Part shown: piece by piece, positions 1 to 19,392 of the stretch
Layout of the letters: every line of letters begins with the position of its first letter
Numbering within the stretch: the stretch's first letter is position 1
From: the human T2T-CHM13v2.0 reference genome, Homo sapiens
Direction: 5' to 3' (one strand)
NCBI RefSeq assembly: GCF_009914755.1
Contig: NC_060940.1
DNA length: 64,000 bases
Made by a program: the position numbers and the translations under genes
The notes under the pieces: generated by a model
The model's input: only the letters and a program-made list of their open reading frames with translations
Database searches by the model: none
What the model was told of the DNA's origin: nothing

Positions 1-4095
<4,095 letters not shown>

Positions 4096-4238
4096 GAAGG
4101 GTTATATCACTTTGGGGGGCTTAGGGACGCAGCCTTTGGGGTACCACACAGTTTTATTTTCCTTGTCTCTCACAGTGTATCTATGTGTGTTGTCCTCCAA
4201 AGCATGTTTAAATGGCATTAATTAGATTTGACAACTAG

Positions 4239-4614
<376 letters not shown>

Positions 4615-5047
4615 TAGCCATGAATTTTAATCTAGTTTGTTTAGCAAGGTGTTAGCCAGTAAAATGTTTTAAGGCCAAGAAGATGACTACATTGTTTTTC
4701 AATGTTTAAATCCAAAGGATTCTCTCAGTTGTTGGAACGGTATTTATTAGCAGATACATTGATATTTTAGTTTACATATCCAGAGACGCAGGCTAGAAAA
4801 CAAACAGGGACGGCTCTCAGGTTGTCGGTGTTCTTGACGTTCACAGGGGCACTGCATTTAAAAATCAGCTTGCTTGAAAGGAGCAAGGCCCAAGCTATAT
4901 GAATCAGTAAAAGCAGCACTGGCTATGCCATAGCTGGAACACTATCAATATTCAGTTTCTTCAACAAACTCCAGAAAAAACACTAAATGTTTTACTGCCT
5001 TACTAATAAATAACAAAACAAAAACTCATAAATATTAGTAAGACAAT

Positions 5048-5057
5048 TTTATTTATT
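5048..5057 (-). terminator. C16orf46: Overlapping AATAAA signals ending the distal last exon of C16orf46
   Basis: + strand tttatttatt = AATAAATAAA on -, about 550 nt past the alternative stop at 5607. Confidence 0.7.
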
Positions 5058-5606
5058 GCTTTACTAATTAATAACAAAATAAAAACTTTGTTCTAACTCC
5101 ACGCATTCCAAAATAGTATAGTTTGACCTATCAGAGACCACAGCCATGGCCCCTCCACTAACTTTTCATACTTTACTTGGAAGCAAGTTACTATTACAGA
5201 ACATTAGGCTGCAAAAAAGAAACAACAAAAAATTTAAACAAGTCATACTCTTTTTAACATCAGTGAAATAGTCCAATGTATCTGAAAATGAAAATAAATT
5301 GTTTTGAAATTATCTCCACGGTGACTTTGTTATTTTCAAAAGTACATATATTATATTACCTCTGCATATAACCTCTTTTTGGGGGCCGGGTTGGGGAGAC
5401 CTAAAAGAGCGAGCCGATGACCATGGCAGGTGTAAATAAGACCTTGCTCCAAACGTGGCGTCTTCTTACTGCTTCTGCTTGCAGCGTTTGACTCTCTGCT
5501 TTCTGGTGATCCGCCGCTTTTCCATGTCCTGGGTGAAATATTTGCTTTTATGATTACATCTCAACCGTGTTGCTGCTTAGGACTGAATGTGAAACTGATC
5601 CCTCTC

Positions 5607-5630
5607 CTACTTTATCTTCTTTTTCCTGTG
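5607..5630 (-). CDS. C16orf46: C16orf46 alternative terminal exon, coding part (HRKKKIK*), giving a 388-aa isoform
   Basis: Acceptor tttctcgttacag|CAC AGG AAA AAG AAG ATA AAG TAG. In phase with the internal donor ACA|GTGAGC at 12746; 381+7=388 aa, which agrees with my recollection of a second isoform. Confidence 0.8.
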   Translation of the reverse strand, partial: HRKKKIK

Positions 5631-6059
5631 CTGTAACGAGAAATTTAATGACTTCAGAAAATGTAGAGCCCATGCTGCAATGAAAATGTGGCAGAAGTCA
5701 ATGCATCTGAATTATGACAAAAGGATATTCAACCATGAAGACTGCCCTCAATAACTTTTTCCTTGGTAGATGAAACTAGTCTCTAAAAACCAACAAGCAA
5801 ACAACAACAACAACAAAAAAAAAAACAACAAAAATAAAAAACTTTTTTCTTTTTAAAACGTGAGCCCAGCGAAATTAAGAGTTTAATTTTGGGAAGTCAA
5901 CCAAACTTTGGCAAATTATGCTTTAGGAATTATTTACTCTATATTGTCTTATTTCAGCTCATGGAAATAATTTTGGTTTTGTTATATTTTAGAGTTAATA
6001 CTATTAATGAATTGCAAGCTGGTATCAATTTTTCTGCACCTTCTTTTTTGGTAACGTGA

Positions 6060-6203
<144 letters not shown>

Positions 6204-6927
6204 TGAGACAGTGTCTCACTCTACTGCCCAGGCTGGTATGCAGTGGCGTGATCTCGGCTCACTGCAAACTCCACCTCCAGGGTTCAAGCCCTTCTTATGC
6301 CTCCGCCGCCTGAGTAGCTGGGATTACAGGCACGCACCACCACGCCCCCTAATTTTTCTATTTTTAGTAGAGGCAGGGTTTTGCCATGTTGGCCAGGCTG
6401 GTCTCGAACTCCTGACCTCAAGTGATTCACCCACCTCGGGCTCCCAATGTGCTGGGATTACAGGTGTGAGCCACCGTGCCTGGCCAACAGGTCGTATATT
6501 TTTAAATCACTGAAGTCACTATTCTGTTACAAGATATGTGCTTAACTAGTAAGAACTCTTCAGAGTTAAAGTTCTCTAAATAACTACCATAATGCCAAGT
6601 ATTCCTCTGACATCCTACTTTCCTGAAATTTAGAGAAGTCAGTCATGAGGATTTCGTTGAACAGCCAAAGAAATTAAAATAGACTCATGAATAGTAATAA
6701 GGCCAGTGGTATTTATCCCAAATTCCATATCGGATTTATCTTCAGAGGACATGCAGATTGGAACAAATGAAATCACTAACAGTTCTTTCACATTTAGAGG
6801 TTTACTGATCATGGTTATTCTTGGGCAGATAAAAAGGAAAAAAAAATAAAGGCTTAGTGAACTGTCATAACCCTGTGTGGTGCTGAAAATAAAAAACTAT
6901 ATTACATTTTCAAGCTAGCTCTCCTCA

Positions 6928-7065
<138 letters not shown>

Positions 7066-7068
7066 TCA

Positions 7069-7329
<261 letters not shown>

Positions 7330-8043
7330 TCACTGCAACCTCTGCCTCCCCGGGTTCAAGCGACTCTCCTGCCTAATCCCAAGTAGCTGGGATTATAGGC
7401 ATGTGCCACCATGCCTGGCTAATTTTTGTATTTTTAGTAGAGACGGGGTTTCGCCATATTGGCCAGGCTGATCTCGAACTCCTGACCTCAAGTGATCCAC
7501 CCACCTCAGCCTCCCAAAGTCCTGGGATTACAGGCACGAGCCACAATGCCCAGCCAACTGTTTCATTTTAAAAGATACACGGGGAGGAAGATTTGTAGTT
7601 TAAGCTAAACGGGAGAGAAAAGCCACTTTGATATATACATATGAAGCACAGATTGCCAGTGCTTGCTAAGGTGTATCCCACAAAGTATTGGCTGCCTTTT
7701 CATATTTACGCCTGTTCAGCCCAAGCAGTGAGTGTGGAAAAGTGAGTAATAAACATCAGAGAATTCTGAATAATGGCAGTAAATGTAAATACACTAATTT
7801 AACATCTTCGACTTATCTCGAAAACCTTGCCAAACCAGTAATGCACATTCTCCTGAAGATGGGAAGAGAGAATGCCCACAACTCTTCCTGTCACTGACTG
7901 AATGGGCCCTCCTGTTACTCTGAGAGACTCTTCTCAGAGAAAAGCAGACTTCGCAGGGTGTGGTGGCTCACACCTGTAATCCTAGCACTTTGGGAGGCTG
8001 AGATGGGTGGATCACTTGAGGTCAGGAGTTCAAGACCAGCCTA

Positions 8044-8421
<378 letters not shown>

Positions 8422-8487
8422 CTATAAGTAAAGCTGTCAGAGAAGCTGCAGCAAAGGCGGTGGGCTCCAGATTACTAATTCCCTAAA

Positions 8488-8695
8488 CCAGCGGTTCTCA
8501 GCTAGGGTGATTTTGCCCTAAAGGGGCATTTGGGAAAGTCTGGATACATTTTTCGTTGTCATGACTGGGGATGGTATTGGCATCTAATATGTCAAGGCCA
8601 GGGATGCTGCTACACATCCCACAATGCACATACAGGCCCATCACAAAGAATGATCCAGCCCCAAATAGTGCCCAGGTTGAAAAGCCCTGTCCTAA
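8488..8695 (+). mobile_element. MER20-like hAT-Charlie DNA element
   Basis: Starts cagcggttctca..gggtgattttgcc..ggggcatttgg and ends gcccaggttgaaaagccctg, matching recalled MER20 consensus. Confidence 0.75.
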
Positions 8696-9459
8696 AGATA
8701 GGCCAGGTGATGGGGTGGCTTTGAGCATTGCTGTAAATACAGCACCCACCTGGGCCATTCAATCCTCTAAGAAGTTATGTATATTGTTTAGAACGTATTG
8801 GGGCAGGGCATGGTGGCTCACGCTTGTAATCCCAGCACTTTGGGAGGCCAAGGCGGGCGCATCATTTGAGGTCAGGAGTTTGAGACTAGCCTGGCCTACA
8901 TGGTGAAACCCTGTCTCTACTAAAAATACAAAAATTAGCTGGGCATGGTTGTGCACACCTGTAATCCCACCTACTCGTGAGTCTGAGGCAGGAGAATTGC
9001 TTGAACCCGGGAGGCAGAGTTTGTAGTGAGTTGAGATCATGCCAGCCTGGCCCACAGAGGAAGACTCTGTCTCAAAAAAAAAAAAAAAAAGTATGTGTTG
9101 GTAGAGAAGGTTAAGTGCCCACAGTCTTAGGTTAAAAAAAAAAACTAAAATTTCTTTAGGGTTTTTACCATCATCATCTTTTGAAGTGTATAAACTGAAG
9201 TTCATTTAGGTTGTTGTTGTTGTTGTTGTTGTTGTTTTTCACATTAGAAAGGCCAGGATCCAGAGCAAGACTGATCAAAACCTGAAACAGGCCGGGTGTG
9301 GTGGCTCACGCCTCTAAGCGCAGCACTTTGGGAGGCCAAGGCGGGCGGATCATGAGGTCAGGAGATCGAGACCATCCTGGCTACCACGGTGAAACCCCCT
9401 CTCTACTAAAAATGCAAAAATTAGCTGGGCACAGTGGCACACACCTGTAACCCCAGCTA

Positions 9460-9639
<180 letters not shown>

Positions 9640-11307
9640 CTATAATAATAATGTTTGCAGGCAAGTTAAATGCATTAAAATGACAGAACTAGGGAAATTT
9701 CAGACATTACTCGCTCATTTTATAGGCAAAGGCAGAAATGCTCAGTGGCAAAGCTGGGGTACTAAAAAATATACATCCTGATGGTTCTCAGCTCTTAGGA
9801 AAAAGGAAGATGGTTCTTATTTTTACTTATTGCAGTGAACACTGGATTTATCCTGAGACTGTGTCCAAGAAAATATACAGATGCTTTTTGATCTAGGAGA
9901 TTGAACTTGAAAAGTTTTTTCCTGGAACACCTCCGTATGCACAAATTCAGTACAAGAGTCATGCCTTAAGCTGCACAGTGATGGTGTTTAGACTGGTACA
10001 GTGGAAATACAGGCAAAACCAGATGAGGAAAAAGGCCAGGGAATTAAGATGGATTGGACCCAAGCAAGGAGCACCTTAGTTGACAAGTTGCAAAGTTAAG
10101 TTCTGAGAACCCATTAAAGAGTAAAGACCCATCATCAAATATCCAAATGCCAGCTTGCAGGCCAAAGGACTTCCATACAATTTTAAACAGTCAGTTATTC
10201 ATTAGAGGGAAATTATCCAGCTTGTTATATTTGATCCACTCAATACATTCAGGAAAAACACAGATCTCTGTTGGAGTTCAACATACATTACCTGGTCATC
10301 TTCACCACATCCTGTATCTGAAAATTGTTCCTATCTTAAAGGAAGAAATGACATTCTTGAGCCCTCCTTCCTGCCTTATGTGATATTTTCCACCTAGTAC
10401 TTCAAACGTCCCCGACCTGTGAAATATAGTTTGAGCCTTCAGAAACCCAGGCTACAAACCTTAATGCTGTCCTGACCAAACCCAACCCTCTGCTGAACAA
10501 TTTCTCCTTGGGTTAGAAGAGGAAAATGATCCCTGATTCCCATGCATACATGCAGGATTAAAAGAGATAATGTCTGGGAAGAGGACTTGGATTCTTATTT
10601 ATTTATTTTTTTGAGACAGAGTCTTGTTCTGTTGCCCAGGCTGGAGTGCAATGGCGTCATCTCGGCTCACTGCAACCTCCAGAAACCCAGTCTCTACTAA
10701 TAATACAAAAATGAGCTGAGTGTGGTGGTGGGCACCTGTAATACAAGCTACTTGGGAGGCTGGGGCATGAGAATCGCTTGAACCCAGGAGGCGGAGGTTA
10801 CAGTGAGCCAAGATCATGCCACTGCATTCTAGCCTGGGTGACAGAGCGAGACTCTGTCTCAAAAAAAAAAAAAAAAAAAAAACCCTAGGCAAACAGACAA
10901 GACATTACAAAGACCACTATGGAAGCAGGTATTTACAAATATAGTCATATATTCTGTCTACTCCATCGTTTGGAGACAGGAAATCCAGACTTCAAGTCCA
11001 ACCTACCTTAAGCAAATTCAAACTATGTAATTACAAAGCAGCTTAATGATTACTCATATCACAGAACGGTTCATCAGAACATGTGTCTACATAGCAACAT
11101 CACTTGGCATTTAAAATATAAATCATTTACAAATGTCATTTAATTTAGATAGAACGGTGGGAATATGAGTTGGGGTAAAATGAGGGTGGAGGAAGGACAG
11201 AGGGAGAAAATAACAGCCCCTTTCCAAAAGTGTCTGGGGTTGAGGGTTTCCAAACATTAGATGCAAAGTAATGCCAGAGGAAGCATGTGGGATGATAATC
11301 ACAGTGA

Positions 11308-11508
<201 letters not shown>

Positions 11509-11784
11509 TAGTAGAGATAGGGTTTCACCGTGTTAGCCAGGATGGTCTCGATCTCCTGACCTCATGATCCGCCCGCCTCAGCCTCCCAAAGTGCTGGGAT
11601 TACAGGTGTGAGCCACGGCGCCCGGCCCCAAAAAGTAATTATTCTTAACCTGCTTCCCAGGCTGGATTTTGTAGCACTGTAGCTAAAACTTCCAGACACA
11701 GAGATTAGTATGAGGGTACAATCTGAGGATATGGCACCCTGAAAATGCAGGAGACGATAGTGTATATACATGGAAACAATCTGA

Positions 11785-11976
<192 letters not shown>

Positions 11977-12157
11977 TAGCCGGGATTACAGGCATGCGCC
12001 ACCATGCCCGGCTAATTTTGTATTACTTTAGTAGAGACAGGGTTTCTCCATGTTGGTCAGGCTGGTCTCGAACTCCCAACCTCAGGTGATCCACCTGCCT
12101 TGGCCTCCCAAAGTGCTGAGATTAGAGGCGTAAGCCACTGTGCCCGGCCTGGAGTTT

Positions 12158-12163
12158 TTTATT
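12158..12163 (-). terminator. C16orf46: Candidate poly(A) signal of the 395-aa C16orf46 transcript
   Basis: tttatt on + (AATAAA on -), about 540 nt past the stop, just before an Alu. Confidence 0.55.
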
Positions 12164-12700
12164 AAAGCAATTCTTCAGATCTTTGTTGCAACAGCAAATG
12201 AGGCAGCACATAGACACCTGCTTCGTTCAAAAAATCAGCAGGCAGTTTGGTCTAAACCAGCCCAGTATACTTAGTTTGAGGCACGGGGGTGGGGCAGAAA
12301 GGACACCTGCCAGATGGCTCTGGGCTGACGTGCGGCCAGCATGGAGGGAAGGAGGCCCTTTGGATTCCCCACTTTCTGCGTGGCTTCTGCTGGGAGTGGA
12401 CATGAAGCAGGCAGAGGCTGGGGCTGGCAAGACCAATTGGCATTTTGTGAATGGCTAAGTAGCAGAAGCACGTTAACACATGAATATGGTGTTTTAGAAA
12501 ATAAATCCCAACAATCCACTGAGGTTCAGTTTTCTTCAGTTGTACTACAAAAAAAAAATGGAGGAAAAGAAGAGTAAAGACAGACTGACGGGGAGGAGAG
12601 AAAGAGAGAGTGGGGGGTGGGTGGGAAATGAGAGAGAAGAAAGAGAAAGGATGGCTGCATCTCAAACGGTGCTTATTCCCAGGGGTTCTACCGCGACCGC

Positions 12701-13678
12701 TCAGAGGATCCTGTGGGTAGAGACAGGAATGATAACTCTGCTCACTGTGAGAGACGGCAAGACAGGTCTTGGGAAAACTTTGGTCTCCAGCATTTGGGGC
12801 CTGTTTTCCTGCTTGGCCTTTGGGAGAACATGCTTTCGGGTGATCACAGGAGATCTTGGCTCCTTGGCTTTGAATTTGGATTTGTAGCTTTGCACTCCCC
12901 GTTTCTGCAGAAGCTGCAAGGCAGCAAGGTAGCGAACGTTGCTGGGGTCTGGAGGGCACGCCAGGTTTTTCTCAGACAGGAGGGACCAATGCAGGCAGCG
13001 CTGCTCCGGATCGGTCAGCAGGGATGTCTGGGCCGCTGGGGAAGGGGAGGATGGCGTGTCGTTGACCATAGGGTGTTTGGCCAGCTCACTGGCTCTTTTT
13101 TCACCTTTCCCATCTGCTGTTTTCAAGCCATATGCATAAGCCACACACCCATCCTTTTCCACATCCAGCACCTTCTCTTCTGACTGCAAGAAAGAGTTCT
13201 TACTCTTCTTACCCAGAACATCCAAAGCATTTGAAAGTGAAGCCTTCAGGGGAGGCAGAACTAGGAGGGCCCTGGAAGTCAGGGGGCCTGGGATGGATAG
13301 CCCTCTGTGGGCCCCTCCACTGGGATTCCCAGAGGCCTTGCCCCTATTAGTGCCGGGGATGGCCCAGTCTTTGTTGCACCAAATAAACTCCTTGATTTGC
13401 AGACTTTTTTTCTCTGCTCGAAAGTAGGTGGGAAAGCAGATGTCGCTAATTGCCCTGGAAGCAGTGCTGGGGCCCTGGGGGGCTGCCTGAGTCTGGGAGG
13501 GGCTGCTCTGATCCTTCTCTGGGCCCCCCTCAGTAGGAGGCTTGGTCTGGAGGCTCCAGTGGGAGAGGTTAACACACACCAAGCAGTCGCTGCAGGCACC
13601 TTCCCCTACCCTCGCCTTTTTTGGTATCTTCCTCGGCCAGATGCAGGCAGCTGGAGAAGTCCTTCCCCACCCTTGGAC
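12701..13678 (-). CDS. C16orf46: C16orf46 second coding exon (aa 71-395), uncharacterised protein
   Basis: Acceptor ctttatttgcag|GTC CAA GGG. 978 nt open to TGA at 12701 (VQGWGRTSPAAC...VSTHRIL). With the 70-codon exon this gives 395 aa. Confidence 0.95.
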   Translation of the reverse strand, partial: VQGWGRTSPAACIWPRKIPKKARVGEGACSDCLVCVNLSHWSLQTKPPTEGGPEKDQSSPSQTQAAPQGPSTASRAISDICFPTYFRAEKKSLQIKEFIWCNKDWAIPGTNRGKASGNPSGGAHRGLSIPGPLTSRALLVLPPLKASLSNALDVLGKKSKNSFLQSEEKVLDVEKDGCVAYAYGLKTADGKGEKRASELAKHPMVNDTPSSPSPAAQTSLLTDPEQRCLHWSLLSEKNLACPPDPSNVRYLAALQLLQKRGVQSYKSKFKAKEPRSPVITRKHVLPKAKQENRPQMLETKVFPRPVLPSLTVSRVIIPVSTHRIL

Positions 13679-14568
13679 CTGCAAATAAAGCGGCATGTTA
13701 CTCCTCCAGCTGAGGGGCCCAAACTGTCCTTGCCCCAATTTTGGCCACATTCCCATTTTGGCAGTCTTATGTGAAACAATATTCTTATTTTTATTTATTT
13801 TTTTACTACCCCTTCCCCCACTAATAATTTTCTTAAAATTCATTCACTTAAAAAAAAAATCCTTCAAAGTTGCAAAGCATGAAAAAGTGTAATACCTACT
13901 TTCACCGCTATAAAGCAATAACAGTATTTGTAATAGTATTTGTTAATCCTAAATACTAGCAAGAGCATTTGTTAATACTAAAACACTAAGCAATAGTATT
14001 TGTAAATGGCCACTTTGATGTGCTGACTATATTTCTTTTCAAAGGCACATTTAAATTTGAAGCCATTAAAATAAAATGAAAACCGTTCATACTTGTCCCA
14101 CCAACAAGGATTTCGGGCACCGCCAGTCTCTGCTTCCCATACCTGGGGAACACTGTTGCTTGGAGAGGCTGGAGGGAGACCGAGGAGCAGAGGCAGGTCC
14201 TGGAATGCAGAGGAGCCCTGCGTACCCAGGGATACCTACTCCCCATACACGCCCAGAGTCCTCTGGCTGATCTTGCCACAGAGATCACCATTAAAAAAGG
14301 GTTGCCAGTAAAAATATAGGACCACATTTTGGACATACTTATACTGATAAATTAGGTATTTATCTGGTAATCCTATGTTTAATCACTGGATTAGACCAAG
14401 TTTTCTCATAGTTTTATGCTTTTTTTTTTTTTTTTTAGTTTTCTTATAGTTTTAAATATAGGATTCTATTGTTGAGTCTATGAATTGTTTAAGAGTAAGC
14501 CTGCAGACCAGGCGCAGTGGCTCAGGCCTGTAATCCCAGCACTTTGGGAGGCTGAGGTGGGCAGATCA

Positions 14569-14835
<267 letters not shown>

Positions 14836-14889
14836 TTAGGAAAGAAGCCTCAGTTCTCTCAGGGAGTTCAGCACAGCTGCTAAGGAGCT

Positions 14890-15135
14890 CAGGGTTCTAG
14901 AGTCCAGGAGACCTGGATTCAAGCCCTGCCTTGGCCACTTATTGGCTGGGTGATCTCGAGCATGTTACTTTATCTTCCAAGTGACTCAGTATACTCATCC
15001 ACAAAGCGAGGCTGGGAAGAAAACTTGCCCCATATGGCTATTGAGAGGTTAGATGAATTAATGTATCCAAAGTACTTAGTACTGTGCTGTCCACATACTA
15101 AGTGGCCATAAATACCCACAGTAGGTGCTGCTCTT
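14890..15135 (+). mobile_element. MIR SINE fragment
   Basis: gacctggattcaagccctgccttggccacttattggctgggtgatctcgagcatgttact resembles the MIR core. Similar pieces at ~35190-35290 and ~58700-58860. Confidence 0.65.
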
Positions 15136-15288
15136 ATCATCAGTAATATTTTACCTCAATTCCAGGGTTTCTACATGTCATTGATTCCACATTTTTTGGT
15201 AATATTAACTATTTTTGGGAAAAAGAGGCTTGCACCAAAACACTGATGTGCGAGAGACAGAAAAGCTGTGACTCAGAAAGATACTCAC

Positions 15289-15498
15289 TGCCTCTTCCCA
15301 TCCAGTTCCAATAATAAACTCTTTGGCTTTTTCATCTTGTTCAAGCGTAATGTCACTGACATCGAGAAGACAATAAACATGATTTTTTTCACTTTTTCCA
15401 TCTGGACAAGTATAGGTTGGTTCTGTTTCTTCTGTGAACTGAATTTCATTATTTTCAGCATTTTCTAAGTCAGTCTCATTTTTCTGACAGAGATCCAT
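15289..15498 (-). CDS. C16orf46: C16orf46 first coding exon (aa 1-70); exon probably starts at 15536
   Basis: gtaATGG in good Kozak context; MDLCQKNETDLENAENNEIQF...GTGWEEA. Phase-0 donor GCA|GTGAGT. Upstream acceptor tttttaaacag| at 15537. Confidence 0.95.
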
Positions 15499-16127
15499 TA
15501 CTGTGATGCTTGCTTAAAGTTTTTAACATCTTCTTGCTGTTTAAAAACATGAATGGAACTTCGTTTTTAATATTAATTTTTTTTTAAAAAAAGCAATGCA
15601 ATACTCAGGTGAAATATCTTCAAGACACATTCAGGAATATGGCCGGCCGCGGTGGCTCATGCCTGTAATTCCAGGAATTACTTTGAGAGGCCAAGTCAGG
15701 CGGATCACTTGAGGTCAGGAGTTTGTGACCAGTCTGGCCAACATGGTGAAAGCCAGTCTCTACTAAAAATAAGGCGGGCACCTGTAATCCCAGCTACTCG
15801 GGAGGCTGAGGCAGGAGAATCACTTGAACCCAGGAAGCAGAGGTTTCAGTGAGCTGAGATTGGCCACTGCACTCCAGCCTGGGTTAGAGAGTGAGATTAC
15901 ATCTCAAAAAAAAAAAAAGAAAAGAAAGAAAGAAACATTCAGGAATAGACTGAGAACAAATATTACGAAACTATCCACTGCCAACCACTGGCACTATGAA
16001 AGATAAGGCAGCCAGGAGTGATGGCTCACACTTGTATTCTCAGCACTTTGGGATGCTGAGGCTGATGGATCACCTGAGGTCAGGAGTTCGAGGACAGCCT
16101 GGCCAACATGGCGAAACCCCATCTCTA

Positions 16128-16541
<414 letters not shown>

Positions 16542-16907
16542 CTATCTACCATTAATGGATGTTTTTCTGGAAAATGCACTTGGGCATTTAGAATCTAGAC
16601 AAAGGGTCTGCAAAGTTGTAATCCTGATCAGAGCCAAAGAGCTGAACAGTTCCAGTCCTATTTACCGGCTGTGTCCCTTGAGCGATGACTTACTTTTCTG
16701 GGTCTGTTTGCTCATCTATAAAAAGGGCTAAAGCGGCTGCATGCGATGGCTCACGCCTGTAATCCCAGTACTTTGGGATGCCGAGCTGGGTGGATCATTT
16801 GAGGTTAGGTGTTGAGACCAGCCTGACCAACATGGTGAAACCCTATCTCTACTAAAAATACAAAAAAGTTAGCCAGGTGTGGTGGTGCACACCTGTAGTC
16901 CCGGCTA

Positions 16908-17015
<108 letters not shown>

Positions 17016-17731
17016 TCAAAAAAAAAAAAAAAAAAAAAGCAAAAGCATGATACCTTCCTACAGATAGGGGTTCCTCCTGTGGACCCCACAGGCTGCAGAA
17101 ATTAACTAGAATACCTGAGCAGTGACCACCAAAGCTCTGGCTTGAGTGCTGATAAGCACCCAGTGTCTTCTCAAGAAGTTCCTTGCTTGTGATAAGACAG
17201 GAGGCACAGGGGACACCCACTCCTTGCTTTCTCTCAGCCAGACGTGACCCATGCCAGAAAACTAGTTTTTTTCATTTTTTGTTTAGGAAGAGATCGGTAC
17301 TTCTTATGACAAATCTGTTGAATTACCAATTTGGCTTTTTCACATAGGCTTAGTTTTTTTATTTTGTTTTGTTTTGTTTTGTTTTGTTTTGTTTTTGAGA
17401 CAGAGTCTCACTCTGTTGCCCATGCTGGAGTGCAGTGGTGCGATCTTAGCTCACTGACAAAATTTACTGGAGTAAATTTTGTAAAATTTTAAGTTGGAAG
17501 TTGTACCTCCGCTTCCCAGGTTCAAGCAATTCTCCTGCCTCAGCCTCCCGAGTAGCTGGGATTACGGGCGTGAGTCACCGTGCCTGGCCAACACTACATT
17601 TTTATAAGCACTTTACTTATGTAATGAGGGTTCACAAGGAACTGTACTGATTCCTTGTGACTCAAAACTAAGAATCATCCCTGAGTCAATTAACACAGTA
17701 TTATTAATCAGAAGGTCAGATTACTGCATAC

Positions 17732-17820
17732 CAGATCACCAGATGCACCTTCGGAACACTGGTGTACTTCAGGCAGGATCAACACGCTCCGCTACTAAAA
17801 GAGAATATTGGGGTCTTTTC
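17732..17820 (-). other. C16orf46: Probable C16orf46 non-coding exon 2 (89 nt)
   Basis: Acceptor tttctttttaattag|GAAAAG and donor CTG|GTATGC in unique sequence. Inferred from splice signals and partial recollection of the gene model. Confidence 0.6.
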
Positions 17821-17882
17821 CTAATTAAAAAGAAATTCAGTTAGTGGATAGGAAAGTTGTATTTTAAGTTTCCCTTCTCTAA

Positions 17883-18053
<171 letters not shown>

Positions 18054-19065
18054 TAACTGTCGAGTTTTATTACCCATTCTTGTCTTCCAGCTCACGTTAG
18101 CAGATGACACACAGTAATGGCCAAGAATCAATAGATCAAAGAAAAGAGTGGATATGTGATTCCTTGCAATCTGTATGCAGTTTTACTTTTATGTTGGAAT
18201 GCAGACATCTATATTCATATAATATTTTCTGGTAGTAAAATTATGCCTGACTTACACATTTGACGTAAACCAAGAGCTCATGCCATCCCATTTCTTGGCT
18301 TCCATTGAACTTTACAACCTGATTCAGTTTGAGAATCACCAGGATAAAGCATACATCAAAGTCCATACAAACGTTTTCCACCACATCAAGAAAACACAAA
18401 GATCACAGTGAAGATGTTGCCATGGAGACGCATTTGCAGATGCAACTCTAAAATTGGATTTAGAGTATAAAGCGGGAAAGCTCAAATATGTAGGCCAGAA
18501 GGTATTAAACTCTATTACACAAGCTATTAAAGTGATTAGAACCAACATGTACAAAAGAAATAGTTGACTCTGATCCAAGCCCCCAAAGTGCATGTTTGGA
18601 TAAACAAGAATAAACCCAAAGAAAAACTGATCAAAGAACTTAAGATATTTGGAAACGAAAGAAAGATGGTGAATGAGAGCCTAAAAAATATAGCCTATGG
18701 AAATTTACCATAATCCAGAAAATACCTTTTCTAGTAGCATTTAAAGACAGATACAAAAAGGAAATGATCAGCCAAAGAAATGTAAAGTGGTTTCTTTTCT
18801 TTTACCAATAACATGTTTTGCTTCAAAATAATGTGAGGTTGAGGTTAGGGAGGGAATAGTGAAACCAAAGTGCCCTTAAGTTCTGTTTGTTGTAGATGGG
18901 TATGAGGACATGGGGATTAACTGTACTATTATATTTTTATGTAAGCATGAAACTTCCTGTAATAAAACTTTTAAAGCCATGATGTTATCGGAGAGCTCCA
19001 AGAAATGAAATGTGGAATAATGATAGAAGCCAGGGTACAATGAATTTTGACCTTAAGCAAACTGA

Positions 19066-19392
<327 letters not shown>

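Noticed and set aside
12252-13774. 235-, 156- and 155-aa ORFs overlapping the C16orf46 exon
   Set aside because: Alternative-frame or antisense shadows of a real coding exon, with no independent promoter or splice support.
13679-13843. N-terminal extension (MNFKKIISGG...) of the 380-aa ORF
   Set aside because: Intronic sequence upstream of the acceptor at 13679. The real N-terminus comes from exon 15289-15498.
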